Positions 16,829 through 24,943 of a stretch of DNA of 32,000 nt are shown one piece after another. Made by a program: the position numbers and the translations under genes. Position 1 is the stretch's first letter, and each line of letters begins with the position of its first letter. This DNA is from Thermoproteus tenax Kra 1 (GTDB lineage: Archaea > Thermoproteota > Thermoprotei > Thermoproteales > Thermoproteaceae), in contig NC_016070.1 in the NCBI RefSeq assembly GCF_000253055.1, positions 120,001 through 152,000 on the forward strand, written 5' to 3'. The notes below the pieces were generated by a model. That model worked only from the letters and a program-made list of their open reading frames with translations. It was not told where the DNA came from and did no database searches.

Positions 16829-18097
16829 ATGGAGACTCTGACCGCTCTGACGGTCGGCCTAATCGCTTGGTCGTTCGCAGTGCATCTGCCGCTGGTGTAT
16901 ACAGTCCTTGGCCTTGTGTGGCTTCTCCCAACCCTGGAAGTATTGGGCATTAAGAAAAACAACGATAGATACTTCGAGATAGCCAAGAGGTTGTCCCGCT
17001 ACCTTATATTTATTTATGCCATAGGCGGCCTCTTCGGGACCATAATCACGGTATTCCTCGCGGGCCTTATGCCCATATTCACCAACGCAGCCGGAGTGCT
17101 CCTGTGGCCCGTGTGGGGCGTGGCGATAGTATTCGGCGTCGCCATATCCCTTCCGCTCATCGGCTTCTACTACCGCTCCTTCGGAAAGATGGACGATGCA
17201 AAACACGCGGCGCTGGGCTATGTGTTGGCCATCTTCACCTCGATAATACCTGCGATGTTCAGGCTCGTGTTCGCCTTCATAAACTACCCCGTAGGCGTCG
17301 TAGTTAAGCCGGACCCCAACTCTGTCATCGGCTTCGACCTAGGCGCCGATCTAGGACAGGCGTTGACTAACCCCACGTATCCGCCTCTATTGATAGCTAC
17401 GTTGACCGGCGCGGTGGCCTTCACAGCCACCTTGATATCCGCCGTATACACCTGGCGCTATGCTAAGACAAAGGACGAGATATACAAGCTCGGCAAGGAG
17501 TTCTTCGCCAAAGCTGCTCTGATACTGGGCGTGATATACGTCTTGTCGGCCGTATGGTACCTCTACGAGGTCTATCAGTACAGCCCCACTGTGGCTTGGT
17601 CCATCTTCGGCTCGCCGCCCTCTTACCTCCCATCGAGCCTACAGCCCGTATATCAGCCCGACTTGAACCTCAGCTGGCTGTTCTACCTGAATATTGTATT
17701 GGGAGTAATAGTCTTGATACATTTGGCTCTCGCCCTCCGCTCCTCCAACGCGCCTCTGGCAATGTTGGCCTTCTTGGCCGTTATTGCGTTGATGGACGGC
17801 GCAGAGGTGTTGAACGGCCTCGCCCATCTGCCCTATGCAATAGTCCCCTCGCCGCCCATCGCCCTAGCTCTAGTGAACTCCTACGGCGTCAACTTCGCGT
17901 TGCAAGTGGCCAATACGCTTAAGGTCTCGACGCTGATAACTCCATCGCTCAACTCGTTGGTACAGTTGATGGGCCAAGAGCCTTGGCTTCTGGGCTTCTC
18001 GTTGGCCATGTTTGTACTGTTCAACGTCGTGTTGCTCGCAGGAGTATACTACGTGTTTGCTCTGAGGCCGCAACAGACACCCCAAACTCCTAAATAA
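16829..18097 (+). CDS. CydA'-like second subunit of archaeal cytochrome bd-type oxidase
   Basis: 422 aa CydA homolog starting 1 nt after the cydA stop, same N-terminal topology (FAVHLPLVYTVLGLVWLLPTLEVLG) but lacking the Glu pair, heme-ligand Met and GRxPW-like motif. Confidence 0.8.
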   Translation: METLTALTVGLIAWSFAVHLPLVYTVLGLVWLLPTLEVLGIKKNNDRYFEIAKRLSRYLIFIYAIGGLFGTIITVFLAGLMPIFTNAAGVLLWPVWGVAIVFGVAISLPLIGFYYRSFGKMDDAKHAALGYVLAIFTSIIPAMFRLVFAFINYPVGVVVKPDPNSVIGFDLGADLGQALTNPTYPPLLIATLTGAVAFTATLISAVYTWRYAKTKDEIYKLGKEFFAKAALILGVIYVLSAVWYLYEVYQYSPTVAWSIFGSPPSYLPSSLQPVYQPDLNLSWLFYLNIVLGVIVLIHLALALRSSNAPLAMLAFLAVIALMDGAEVLNGLAHLPYAIVPSPPIALALVNSYGVNFALQVANTLKVSTLITPSLNSLVQLMGQEPWLLGFSLAMFVLFNVVLLAGVYYVFALRPQQTPQTPK

Positions 18098-18100
18098 TCT

Positions 18101-18115
18101 CCCCTTTTTCCTCTT
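18101..18115 (+). terminator. Pyrimidine-rich terminator-like tract CCCCTTTTTCCTCTT
   Basis: C/T-rich run just after the CydA' stop. Confidence 0.35.
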
Positions 18116-18116
18116 A

Positions 18117-19823
18117 GTGCGTTTTCCCATACTGCTATTGCTCCTTGTAGCTATAGCGTACGCACAGCTGTGCGTGAGCCAAGCCGGCAGGCTGTACCTC
18201 GCCTCAGGGGCCCTCTACTCAATCGAGTGGAACAACGCCACGGCTATATCGGGGCCGCAGGGCGTTGAGGCGGCCCTTGAGGGCGCCGGATGGGCCCTCC
18301 TCGTGCCTCAGTCGGGCGGAGCCTACGAGGCCCCCGGCGTTGTAGCCTCCTCATGTATAAACCCACAGGGTGTGCTCAACTACGCCAAAATATACAATAC
18401 GCCTTGGGGGCCGGCGGCGCCGGTTGGGCTGGCATACTACGGCGTTGCCGAGAGGGACGGGGATTACTACCCCGAGCCCTACCTCGGCTCCGAGGTGGCT
18501 GGGTGTTTCAGACTCTTGAACTTCACGGCCGTGAGCCTCTCCCCCCTCGGCCCCACGGCCGGCTATTCAATTCAGCTGAACGCTTACGTTAGATCCAACA
18601 GCGGCCACATCTACTGGGCACAAGAGCTCGTCAGATACAGCCCAAGCGGCTTCGAGCTCCTCATCAACCTCTGGAATATGACCTCATCCGTTTCGACGCT
18701 GCGCGGCGTGAGGGGGCTCGGCTCTCTGGCCTTCTACGGCGAAGATCTCTATTATTACTATCTGGCCCCCCTGCCCAACCTCACGGCAGGCTGCATGGAG
18801 ATAAGGGCCTCAGGCGACTCGCTTGAATTCCTTCTGAACGGAACTCTGATGGACAAGGTCGTTTTGCCCGAGGCCGGGCTCCAGATAGCGGCCGAGCCCT
18901 CCCTCAACGGGAGGGGGCTGCCCATGGATCTGGAGCTCGTTTTGGGCGGATACGGCGGTGTGGCCGACGTAGCCCTCGTGGAGCGCGGCTCGTTGGAGCT
19001 GAAGCTATATGTTGCCGTCGGCACATCGCTCGTCCCGCCGCCATCGGTCTGGAGCATAGGAGCATCAACTAGGGAGATCGCCATAGCCGCCGCATCGCCG
19101 AGGGGGGCGGAGGCGTTTGTGGACAAAGGCGAGCCGCAGATGAGCCAGCTGTGGGCCCAGCCCCTCTGCGTCTATTACCTCAACGGGACGCGATACTGCG
19201 GCAGGACTGAGTATCTAGTCAGTCTAGCTCTGCCCAACGGAAGCCGCCTGCTCTGGGCCCCGCGCGGCGCCAATTTGACGTTTCACTTGCCGACGATCAG
19301 ACAGGGGGGTCTAGAGCTTAGGCCCGAGGCGTCAGAGCTCAATTTAACCGTCGAGGGGCCGTTGCGTTTGAGGCCGGAGTATGAGGCGTACTTCAAAGTA
19401 TATGTAGATGCCCTCGGCTCGGCCGTAGAGCTCTGGCTGCCCAATGGATCCCGCCTCACAGCCTCTCAATTCTATCGGGCCATAGCCGGAGTGGCGTACG
19501 AGCCTCTCTACTTCGCCGGAGGCGGCCGTGAGATCGCCGTGGCGCATCCGCTCAACCTCACCGTCGTGTATACAGCGGTCTACAGAGGGAGGGCCGACGA
19601 CTTGTTGGGCCTGCCGAGCCCCCTCTCCGTGGCCGTCCTACAGTGCGGCAACGCCACAACGTACAGCCTCGCCGGCCTTGACGGCGAATATAACGCCACT
19701 TATCCACGCGTCGTGGAGGTTTGTAGCGCGCATCTATTCTCAATACCTATATCTCTCTATCTATCGCCGTTGGCGTTGCTCCTCTTTACTCGAAAATTAT
19801 TTCGGAGAAGAAATGTTTATTAA
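18117..19823 (+). CDS. Secreted/membrane-anchored protein of unknown function
   Basis: 568 aa with N-terminal signal peptide (MRFPILLLLLVAIAYAQ), beta-rich extracellular body and C-terminal TM plus basic tail (SLYLSPLALLLFTRKLFRRRNVY). Confidence 0.7.
   Translation: MRFPILLLLLVAIAYAQLCVSQAGRLYLASGALYSIEWNNATAISGPQGVEAALEGAGWALLVPQSGGAYEAPGVVASSCINPQGVLNYAKIYNTPWGPAAPVGLAYYGVAERDGDYYPEPYLGSEVAGCFRLLNFTAVSLSPLGPTAGYSIQLNAYVRSNSGHIYWAQELVRYSPSGFELLINLWNMTSSVSTLRGVRGLGSLAFYGEDLYYYYLAPLPNLTAGCMEIRASGDSLEFLLNGTLMDKVVLPEAGLQIAAEPSLNGRGLPMDLELVLGGYGGVADVALVERGSLELKLYVAVGTSLVPPPSVWSIGASTREIAIAAASPRGAEAFVDKGEPQMSQLWAQPLCVYYLNGTRYCGRTEYLVSLALPNGSRLLWAPRGANLTFHLPTIRQGGLELRPEASELNLTVEGPLRLRPEYEAYFKVYVDALGSAVELWLPNGSRLTASQFYRAIAGVAYEPLYFAGGGREIAVAHPLNLTVVYTAVYRGRADDLLGLPSPLSVAVLQCGNATTYSLAGLDGEYNATYPRVVEVCSAHLFSIPISLYLSPLALLLFTRKLFRRRNVY
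19816..19823 (+). promoter_or_regulatory. TATA box of peroxiredoxin
   Basis: TTTATTAA centred 23.5 nt before ATG 19843. Confidence 0.5.
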
Positions 19824-19842
19824 GACATAAATTCCTAGTGGC

Positions 19843-20481
19843 ATGGTCGAAGTGAAAGGTCCCTACCTGGGGATGCAAATACCGGAGGATCTGTGCTTCA
19901 ATACCGACATGGGGAGAAAGTGCTTCAGAGACTACAAGGGCAAGTGGCTGTTGTTGTTCAGCCACCCCGGCGACTTTACGCCAGTCTGCACCACAGAGTT
20001 CATAGAGTTCGCCAAAAAGTACGAGGAGTTCAAGAAGCGGGGAGTCGAGCTGTTGGGCCTTAGCGTAGACACTGACATAAGCCACATAGAGTGGAAGAGG
20101 CAGATCAAACAGCTTTGGGGCGTCGAGATACCGTTCCCGATAATCGCCGATGTGCCCGACTTCCAAGTGGCAAACTTCTTCAACGCAATACCGCCCGGCA
20201 CTACGGCCACGGTGAGGATGGTCGCCCTAATAGACCCGGACCTCAAACTTGCGTGGTTCGCGTTGTATCCGTTGACCAACGGCAGAAACATAGACGAAAT
20301 AATAAGAGTCATCGACGCGGTGCAGACTACATATAAACACGGCGTGGCTACGCCGGCCAACTGGAGGCCCGGCGACCCGGTGATAGTGCCTCCTCCGCAC
20401 AGCTACGCCGACGCTGAGAAGAGGCTGAAGGAGCCGGGAATCGAGTGCAAGACTTGGTGGTTCTGTACCAAGAAGATCTAA
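19843..20481 (+). CDS. Peroxiredoxin (AhpC/Prx family)
   Basis: 212 aa; FSHPGDFTPVCTTEFIEFAKKYEEFKKRGVELLGLSVD...GRNIDEIIRVIDAVQ; additional C-terminal Cys residues. Confidence 0.95.
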   Translation: MVEVKGPYLGMQIPEDLCFNTDMGRKCFRDYKGKWLLLFSHPGDFTPVCTTEFIEFAKKYEEFKKRGVELLGLSVDTDISHIEWKRQIKQLWGVEIPFPIIADVPDFQVANFFNAIPPGTTATVRMVALIDPDLKLAWFALYPLTNGRNIDEIIRVIDAVQTTYKHGVATPANWRPGDPVIVPPPHSYADAEKRLKEPGIECKTWWFCTKKI

Positions 20482-20515
20482 ACATTTATTTTTCCCATTT
20501 CTCTCTCCGTCAAGC

Positions 20516-20522
20516 TTTAATA
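20516..20522 (+). promoter_or_regulatory. TATA box of rubrerythrin/VIT-like gene
   Basis: TTTAATA, 26 nt before ATG 20545. Confidence 0.45.
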
Positions 20523-20544
20523 TCATAGTCGGAGTGGTTCTTTG

Positions 20545-21456
20545 ATGGAAGTTAGTTCTAAAAAGAACTTAATTCGGACAATTGCGTCCGAATTCGCCGA
20601 GGACGAACACTTGGACTACAACGTCTACAGAGCCTTAGCCCGCGTCGAAAGAAACGAGAACAGGAGACGCGTCCTCGAGAGGCTTGCCGAGACTGAGCAA
20701 CGCCATTTCCACTTCTGGCTCAAGTTCTTGGACGGCTATAAACCCTCTCTGAAGGTCAAGCTGTACCCCCTCTTGTTAGTCCTCCTTAGGTTCCTCTTCG
20801 GTGTGACCTTCGTCGTAAAGCTCTTTGAGGCAGGCGAGGAACACGCCGTGGAGAAATACAAAATGGCGCTCGACTTAATGGAGACGCCTGAGGATAAGAG
20901 GGCTCTCGAGGAGATAATAAAGGACGAGCTTGAGCATGAACAGTACTTTGTGGGCCAGCTGGACGAGGCCGTGGTCAAGTACATGAGCGCCTTGGTCTTG
21001 GGCATGGCCGACGCCATAATAGAGATAACGGGAACTCACGCGGGCGCCCTCGGCACTACAAGCTCCTCAATAATAACTGGCGTCGTGGGGCTGGTGGTCG
21101 GCGTTTCCGCCGCCATCTCTATGGCCTCTGCCTCGTACCTCCAGACTAAACACGAGTTGGGTAAATCCCCCACAATAGCCGCCCTAGTTACCGGCGTCGG
21201 CTACGTGGTTGCGGCCGCCCTTATGTCGCTCCCCTACTTCTTGATCGAGAACATCTACGCTGCCTTCGCGACCTCAGTAGCCGTCAGCGTGCTCCTGGCG
21301 TTGACCTTCACATTTCAGGGAAGCGTCTACACCGGCGCTGACTTTCGCCGCGAGTTTGCGCAGACGGTGGCCCTCCTGCTCGGCGTAGCGGCGCTTGCGT
21401 ATGTAATGGGCGATGCGTTGAGCGCGGCGTTTGGCATTAAAAGTCTAATAAAGTAG
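20545..21456 (+). CDS. Rubrerythrin-like ferritin domain fused to VIT1/CCC1 family transporter domain
   Basis: N-terminal ...EHLDYNVYRALARVERNENRRRVLERLAETEQRHFHFW with a membrane region containing VLGMADAIIEITGTHAGALGTTSSSIITGVVGLVVGVSAAISMASASYLQ. Confidence 0.8.
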   Translation: MEVSSKKNLIRTIASEFAEDEHLDYNVYRALARVERNENRRRVLERLAETEQRHFHFWLKFLDGYKPSLKVKLYPLLLVLLRFLFGVTFVVKLFEAGEEHAVEKYKMALDLMETPEDKRALEEIIKDELEHEQYFVGQLDEAVVKYMSALVLGMADAIIEITGTHAGALGTTSSSIITGVVGLVVGVSAAISMASASYLQTKHELGKSPTIAALVTGVGYVVAAALMSLPYFLIENIYAAFATSVAVSVLLALTFTFQGSVYTGADFRREFAQTVALLLGVAALAYVMGDALSAAFGIKSLIK

Positions 21457-21462
21457 CCGCGC

Positions 21463-22095
21463 GTGTGGGAGCTGTTGTACAAGGGGGGCCGCTGGACTAG
21501 GATAGATAGACCCTATCTACACGTCCCCAGAGGCCGCATCGTCGTCAAAGTGAAGGCCTTCATTTTGGACGACTACAGCGCCTGGGCTGCCGCAAGGGGT
21601 CTGGAGAAGGTATCTAGGTGGGCCTTCGGGAACATCGTGGGGGGCCCATCGGCTAAAACCGGCGAATATGTAGTGGCGCTGGCCGAGAACGCGGCCGCTG
21701 AATACGTCGTAGCCGACCGAGTCTTTCCCGCAGGTAGAGACGGCGTTGAGGCGCTGTCTAAAATACATGCAGCCCTCGTGCTCGAGGCCTTGGATAGACT
21801 ACCCAAGTTCGCCCCAGTCCAGATCTCCGGCGATGATCCCAGAAGGGAGTATGTCGAAAGGCTTGCGAGGACGGGCAGCTCGAGACATCGCATAATACTC
21901 CAGGGGGGCTCTTTGGCCGACGGCGCCGTTGCAGTCTCGTTGACGCGCCTATTCAGCGTAGAGGGCCCCGGCCTTGTGAGAGTTTTGGATCTGCCCAAGC
22001 GGAGGTACGTGGAGACCGCCGAGGGTAGACTAAGGATACCCATCAGAGGTCTCGACGAGGCCGTCCCTGGCGCTTGGGCGATCGTGGAAATTTAA
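21463..22095 (+). CDS. Conserved hypothetical; weak resemblance to degenerate medium-chain dehydrogenase/reductase N-terminus
   Basis: 210 aa, KVKAFILDDYSAWAA...GNIVGGPSAKTGEYVVALAENAAAEYVVADRVFPAG. Family assignment is tentative. Confidence 0.5.
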   Translation: MWELLYKGGRWTRIDRPYLHVPRGRIVVKVKAFILDDYSAWAAARGLEKVSRWAFGNIVGGPSAKTGEYVVALAENAAAEYVVADRVFPAGRDGVEALSKIHAALVLEALDRLPKFAPVQISGDDPRREYVERLARTGSSRHRIILQGGSLADGAVAVSLTRLFSVEGPGLVRVLDLPKRRYVETAEGRLRIPIRGLDEAVPGAWAIVEI

Positions 22096-22098
22096 ATA
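22091..22098 (+). promoter_or_regulatory. TATA box TTTAAATA of the 22118 ORF
   Basis: Centre 23.5 nt before ATG 22118, overlapping the end of the upstream gene. Confidence 0.45.
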
Positions 22099-22117
22099 GG
22101 GCCTCGTCGGTGGAACT

Positions 22118-22444
22118 ATGAGGACGGGCGAGCTGGAGTCGTATATTGCCTTGGGGCTCGGGGTTGCTCTAGTTGTATTCGTCGTCTTTGCCGGCGCTCT
22201 GATGTTTATGCAGAGCATACCGAGATCCGACATAGTGATCACAACCAACTTCGGCCCCATGAAGCTGTCCAATATGCCGGATCCATACGCCGTGGCGACT
22301 GCGGCAGTCCGCTCCCTAATCCTCCTGGCCTTGGGCCTCACAGGCGCCAAGCTGCTTGAGGTAGGGATCGACCAGAGGAGGAAGCTCAAGATGGAGGCTC
22401 AGCTCGAGCAGTACTACCAATATTATCAACAGTATCAATATTAG
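22118..22444 (+). CDS. Small membrane protein, two hydrophobic segments, Tyr/Gln-rich C-terminal tail
   Basis: 108 aa with tail QLEQYYQYYQQYQY; promoter with leaderless spacing. Confidence 0.65.
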   Translation: MRTGELESYIALGLGVALVVFVVFAGALMFMQSIPRSDIVITTNFGPMKLSNMPDPYAVATAAVRSLILLALGLTGAKLLEVGIDQRRKLKMEAQLEQYYQYYQQYQY

Positions 22445-22831
22445 CTACCAGAGCAATAGAAATCTGAAGGCCCTCTTGGCTATATACCTCTTCAACTGTA
22501 TGAAGTACATCGTAAGAAACGTTGTGGACATAGTAGTGAGGGCCCAAGAGAGCCAGACAGCCACTGTGTAAATCAGCGGGGGGAGCGCGAGGCCCAACGT
22601 CCCCTCGACAACGCTGAGAACTTGTGAATAAAGCGTGGGGCCGGCCACTGGTATCAACGAGACGGCGAGCCCGAACCCGGCCGCCGCCCCTAACAGCGCA
22701 AGTCTGCCCATAAGCGCGAGGTCTTGTAGCGCTACGTGATATGCTAACATGAGATACAACACTATGGCCACAGACAACGCGAGGAATATCCTCACGTACT
22801 GTTTTACTCGGGAGAATATATTGGTTTCGCC
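22445..22831 (-). CDS. Small membrane protein of unknown function
   Basis: MGETNIFSRVKQYVRIFLALSVAIVLYLMLAYHV... three to four hydrophobic segments; convergent with and directly abutting the 22118 gene. Confidence 0.6.
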   Translation of the reverse strand, partial: GETNIFSRVKQYVRIFLALSVAIVLYLMLAYHVALQDLALMGRLALLGAAAGFGLAVSLIPVAGPTLYSQVLSVVEGTLGLALPPLIYTVAVWLSWALTTMSTTFLTMYFIQLKRYIAKRAFRFLLLW

Positions 22832-22970
22832 CATGACAAACAACAAGCCCCGCCCCTTAGGTGGGTGAATTTAATCTACGGCAGAGCTGGTGAAGAGGGC
22901 AGAGGAAAAGAGAAGGAGGAGCCGCGGCGGGCGCCGCGCACGGGGGCGAACCCAAGCGCAAGATGGCCCC

Positions 22971-22987
22971 GGCGGGGAGTCCCCGCC
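22971..22987. repeat. Perfect hairpin GGCGGGG-AGT-CCCCGCC
   Basis: 7-bp GC arms, 3-nt loop. Confidence 0.85.
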
Positions 22988-23294
22988 ACAATGCCCTCCG
23001 CCCGGACCGTCCGCCTGAGGCCCCTCCCTACGGCGGCGCAGGAGAGGATAGAGGCGTACTGCCCGACGTCGAACGGATCAACCCCGAGGAGGGGCAACGG
23101 GTGAGGCCCCAACGGTGGAAACCCCGCCTAAGGCGAGGAGGGGGTCATGATTGCTTATACGCGCAACTCCGGATGGGGGATCCGCCCCGAGCTCTGGAGG
23201 AGGGAACTGCGTCGTCCAGCCCTGTGCCAGACAGCCCCGCGACCTGGTCAGCTTGGATAAGGACGCGGGCGAGGAGGAAGCCCCTGGGCGTGAC

Positions 23295-23320
23295 GTCAGC
23301 GGCGGCCGCCTAAGGACAGA
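23295..23320 (+). repeat. Direct repeat copy 1 GTCAGCGGCGGCCGCCTAAGGACAGA
   Basis: 25/26 identical to 23932-23957. Confidence 0.9.
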
Positions 23321-23334
23321 GGGCTGAATCAAGC

Positions 23335-23341
23335 TTAAATA
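23335..23341 (+). promoter_or_regulatory. TATA box of the S30e gene
   Basis: TTAAATA, 23 nt before ATG 23361. Confidence 0.5.
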
Positions 23342-23360
23342 CTTGGGAGCACATCTCTCT

Positions 23361-23525
23361 ATGCCGTCCCACGGCAGTTTGACCAAGGCGGGCAAAGTGA
23401 GATCCCAGACCCCCAAGATACCCCCGAAGCCCAAGAGGAATCTGACGCCGAGGAGGAGGAACTCGAGGAACTACAGAAGGAGGATAGTCTACGCAGCCCA
23501 GTCCGCCGAGGCGGCGGCCGAGTGA
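23361..23525 (+). CDS. Ribosomal protein S30e
   Basis: [45 protein letters not shown]; HGSL..AGKVR.QTPK is diagnostic of S30e. ATG 23361 preferred over the ORF-track start 23343. Confidence 0.9.
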   Translation: MPSHGSLTKAGKVRSQTPKIPPKPKRNLTPRRRNSRNYRRRIVYAAQSAEAAAE

Positions 23526-23761
23526 TGGACTTCTCCACAGATGTATCGGCATCGTTGTTGCGGAGGGTCAGAGAGATAGAGTCAGTCCTGTCCGGCGTAG
23601 CGGAGCACCACCCCTATTGGCCGGCTGCCCACTATCTGACGCAGGCGCTCAGTTTGCTCTTCGAGAGATGGAACGGCCGTCTGACGCAGGAGGAGTTGGA
23701 GGAGATCAAATGGTATCTAGAGAAGGCGGCCCAGTCGTTGGGGCTGTTTCATACTTCTTGA
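23522..23761 (+). CDS. Small helical hypothetical protein, translationally coupled to S30e
   Basis: 79 aa (GTG 23522, or ATG 23525) overlapping the S30e stop; [53 protein letters not shown]. Confidence 0.65.
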   Translation: MMDFSTDVSASLLRRVREIESVLSGVAEHHPYWPAAHYLTQALSLLFERWNGRLTQEELEEIKWYLEKAAQSLGLFHTS

Positions 23762-23825
23762 TTCGGAGGAAAATCCTGCGTCTTTGGCGCGGGCGGAAGG
23801 CCTAAATCATGCGCGTGCCTACAGC

Positions 23826-23965
23826 TGTGAGGGGCGGCGTCCCATGAGGGGCCTGCCCCAGTCGGGCTTGAGGCAGCTGGGTTGTCGGTGAAGGCATAGG
23901 CAGGGGAAGCCCCTAGCATGAACCGGGAATTGTCAGCGGCGGCCGCCTAGGGACAGACGGTTTAA
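23826..23965 (+). ncRNA. Candidate structured RNA between the 79-aa ORF and tRNA-Ala
   Basis: GC-rich, no plausible ORF, TATA-like CCTAAAT at about 23801-23807; shares GGAAGCCCCT and a 26-nt 3' module with the 22897-23330 segment. Confidence 0.4.
23932..23957 (+). repeat. Direct repeat copy 2 GTCAGCGGCGGCCGCCTAGGGACAGA
   Basis: 25/26 identical to 23295-23320. Confidence 0.9.
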
Positions 23966-23981
23966 GATAAGGCGGCAAAAA

Positions 23982-23987
23982 TTTAAA
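23982..23987 (+). promoter_or_regulatory. Box A/TATA of tRNA-Ala
   Basis: TTTAAA centred 23.5 nt before tRNA position 1. Confidence 0.55.
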
Positions 23988-24007
23988 CCACCAATTTAGA
24001 ATGGGCG

Positions 24008-24079
24008 GGGCCGGTAGTCTAGCGGAAGGATGCCCGCTTGGCGCGCGGGAGATCCCGGGTTCAAATCCCGGCCGGTCCA
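24008..24079 (+). tRNA. tRNA-Ala (anticodon GGC), no intron, CCA not encoded
   Basis: Acceptor GGGCCGG/CCGGTCC with G3:U70, anticodon stem-loop CCCGC-TTGGCGC-GCGGG, T arm CCGGG-TTCAAAT-CCCGG, discriminator A. Confidence 0.96.
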
Positions 24080-24229
24080 CTAATCAGTTGGCCGCTCTCC
24101 TAGCGGTAGGCCCTCGCGTTTGTACTATTATTGAGCCGCCGACTTAGCGTCGGCTAAATGTACATCGAGGACTCTAGAGGTTATCGCCGATGAAAAACAA
24201 GGTTATAAGCGGGATCCGATGTGTTGGGA

Positions 24230-24943
24230 GTGGGCGATAATAATCTAAATATCAGAGCGGCTGAAGCCTCTGATATCCCACAGATAGTTGGTTTCACGAG
24301 GAACACGTTTTCGTGGGGCGACTATTTGCCCAACGTCATCAGCGAGTGGGTTAGAGCCGGCACAGCCTATGTTGCCGCGGCCCGCGACGAGGTCGTTGGA
24401 GTCATAAATGTCGAGCTACTGCCGACGGAAGTCGCTTGGCTTGAGGGCCTGAGGGTAAAGCCTAGCCACAGGGGGATCGGGGTTGGAACAGCGCTGACGA
24501 AATTCGCCATGAATTACGCAAGACGGGCTGGCGCGAAATACGCCATGTTGATGATCGCTGAATGGAACGAGGCCAGCCACAACTTGGCTCACAAATTGGG
24601 GTTCAAGCCCGTGCTTCGCGTGCATGCAGGTATAGCCGAGGAGCCATCGATCGTACGCGAGACCGACTCTGAAAGGATAAGAGAGCTCATAAGGCGAGCC
24701 CTAGATGCCACCGGCGGCTATATATGTGTAAGTAATGGCCTCTGGAGATGCACTAGGACCGCCATCGATTATGTATCTTCGTTGATTAGGGAGGCGTACG
24801 TAGGCGACAAAGGCATCGGCTTCAACATAGGCTTCTCCGTGGGCGCGCCTACAACGCCTGCGAAGATGGAGGTGCTTTCCACCGATTATGGCAATTTCGA
24901 AAAATATTATGGCGCTTATATAATTTATGAACAAAAACTTTAA
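24230..24943 (+). CDS. GNAT family N-acetyltransferase
   Basis: IRAAEASDIPQIVGFTRNTF...WLEGLRVKPSHRGIGVGTALTKFAMNYARRAGAKYAMLMIAEWNEASHNLAHKLGF. GTG 24230 fits leaderless spacing from TTATAA at 24203; ORF-track start is 24221. Confidence 0.88.
   Translation: MGDNNLNIRAAEASDIPQIVGFTRNTFSWGDYLPNVISEWVRAGTAYVAAARDEVVGVINVELLPTEVAWLEGLRVKPSHRGIGVGTALTKFAMNYARRAGAKYAMLMIAEWNEASHNLAHKLGFKPVLRVHAGIAEEPSIVRETDSERIRELIRRALDATGGYICVSNGLWRCTRTAIDYVSSLIREAYVGDKGIGFNIGFSVGAPTTPAKMEVLSTDYGNFEKYYGAYIIYEQKL

Larger units (their letters stand above)
22897..23330 (+). ncRNA. GC-rich noncoding segment, candidate structured RNA(s) of unassigned family
   Basis: Strongly GC-rich with no convincing ORF, preceded by AT-rich GAATTTAATC at about 22867-22876. 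Contains perfect hairpin GGCGGGG-AGT-CCCCGCC (22971-22987) and other stems. Boundaries and strand are guesses. Confidence 0.4.

Noticed and set aside
22963-23313. 116-aa ORF in the GC-rich segment
   Set aside because: Pro/Arg/Ala-rich low-complexity translation, other frames equally open; the sequence looks like structured noncoding DNA.
22897-23330. Confident SRP RNA or RNase P RNA call
   Set aside because: The conserved motifs I could search by eye were absent, so only a generic candidate RNA is reported.
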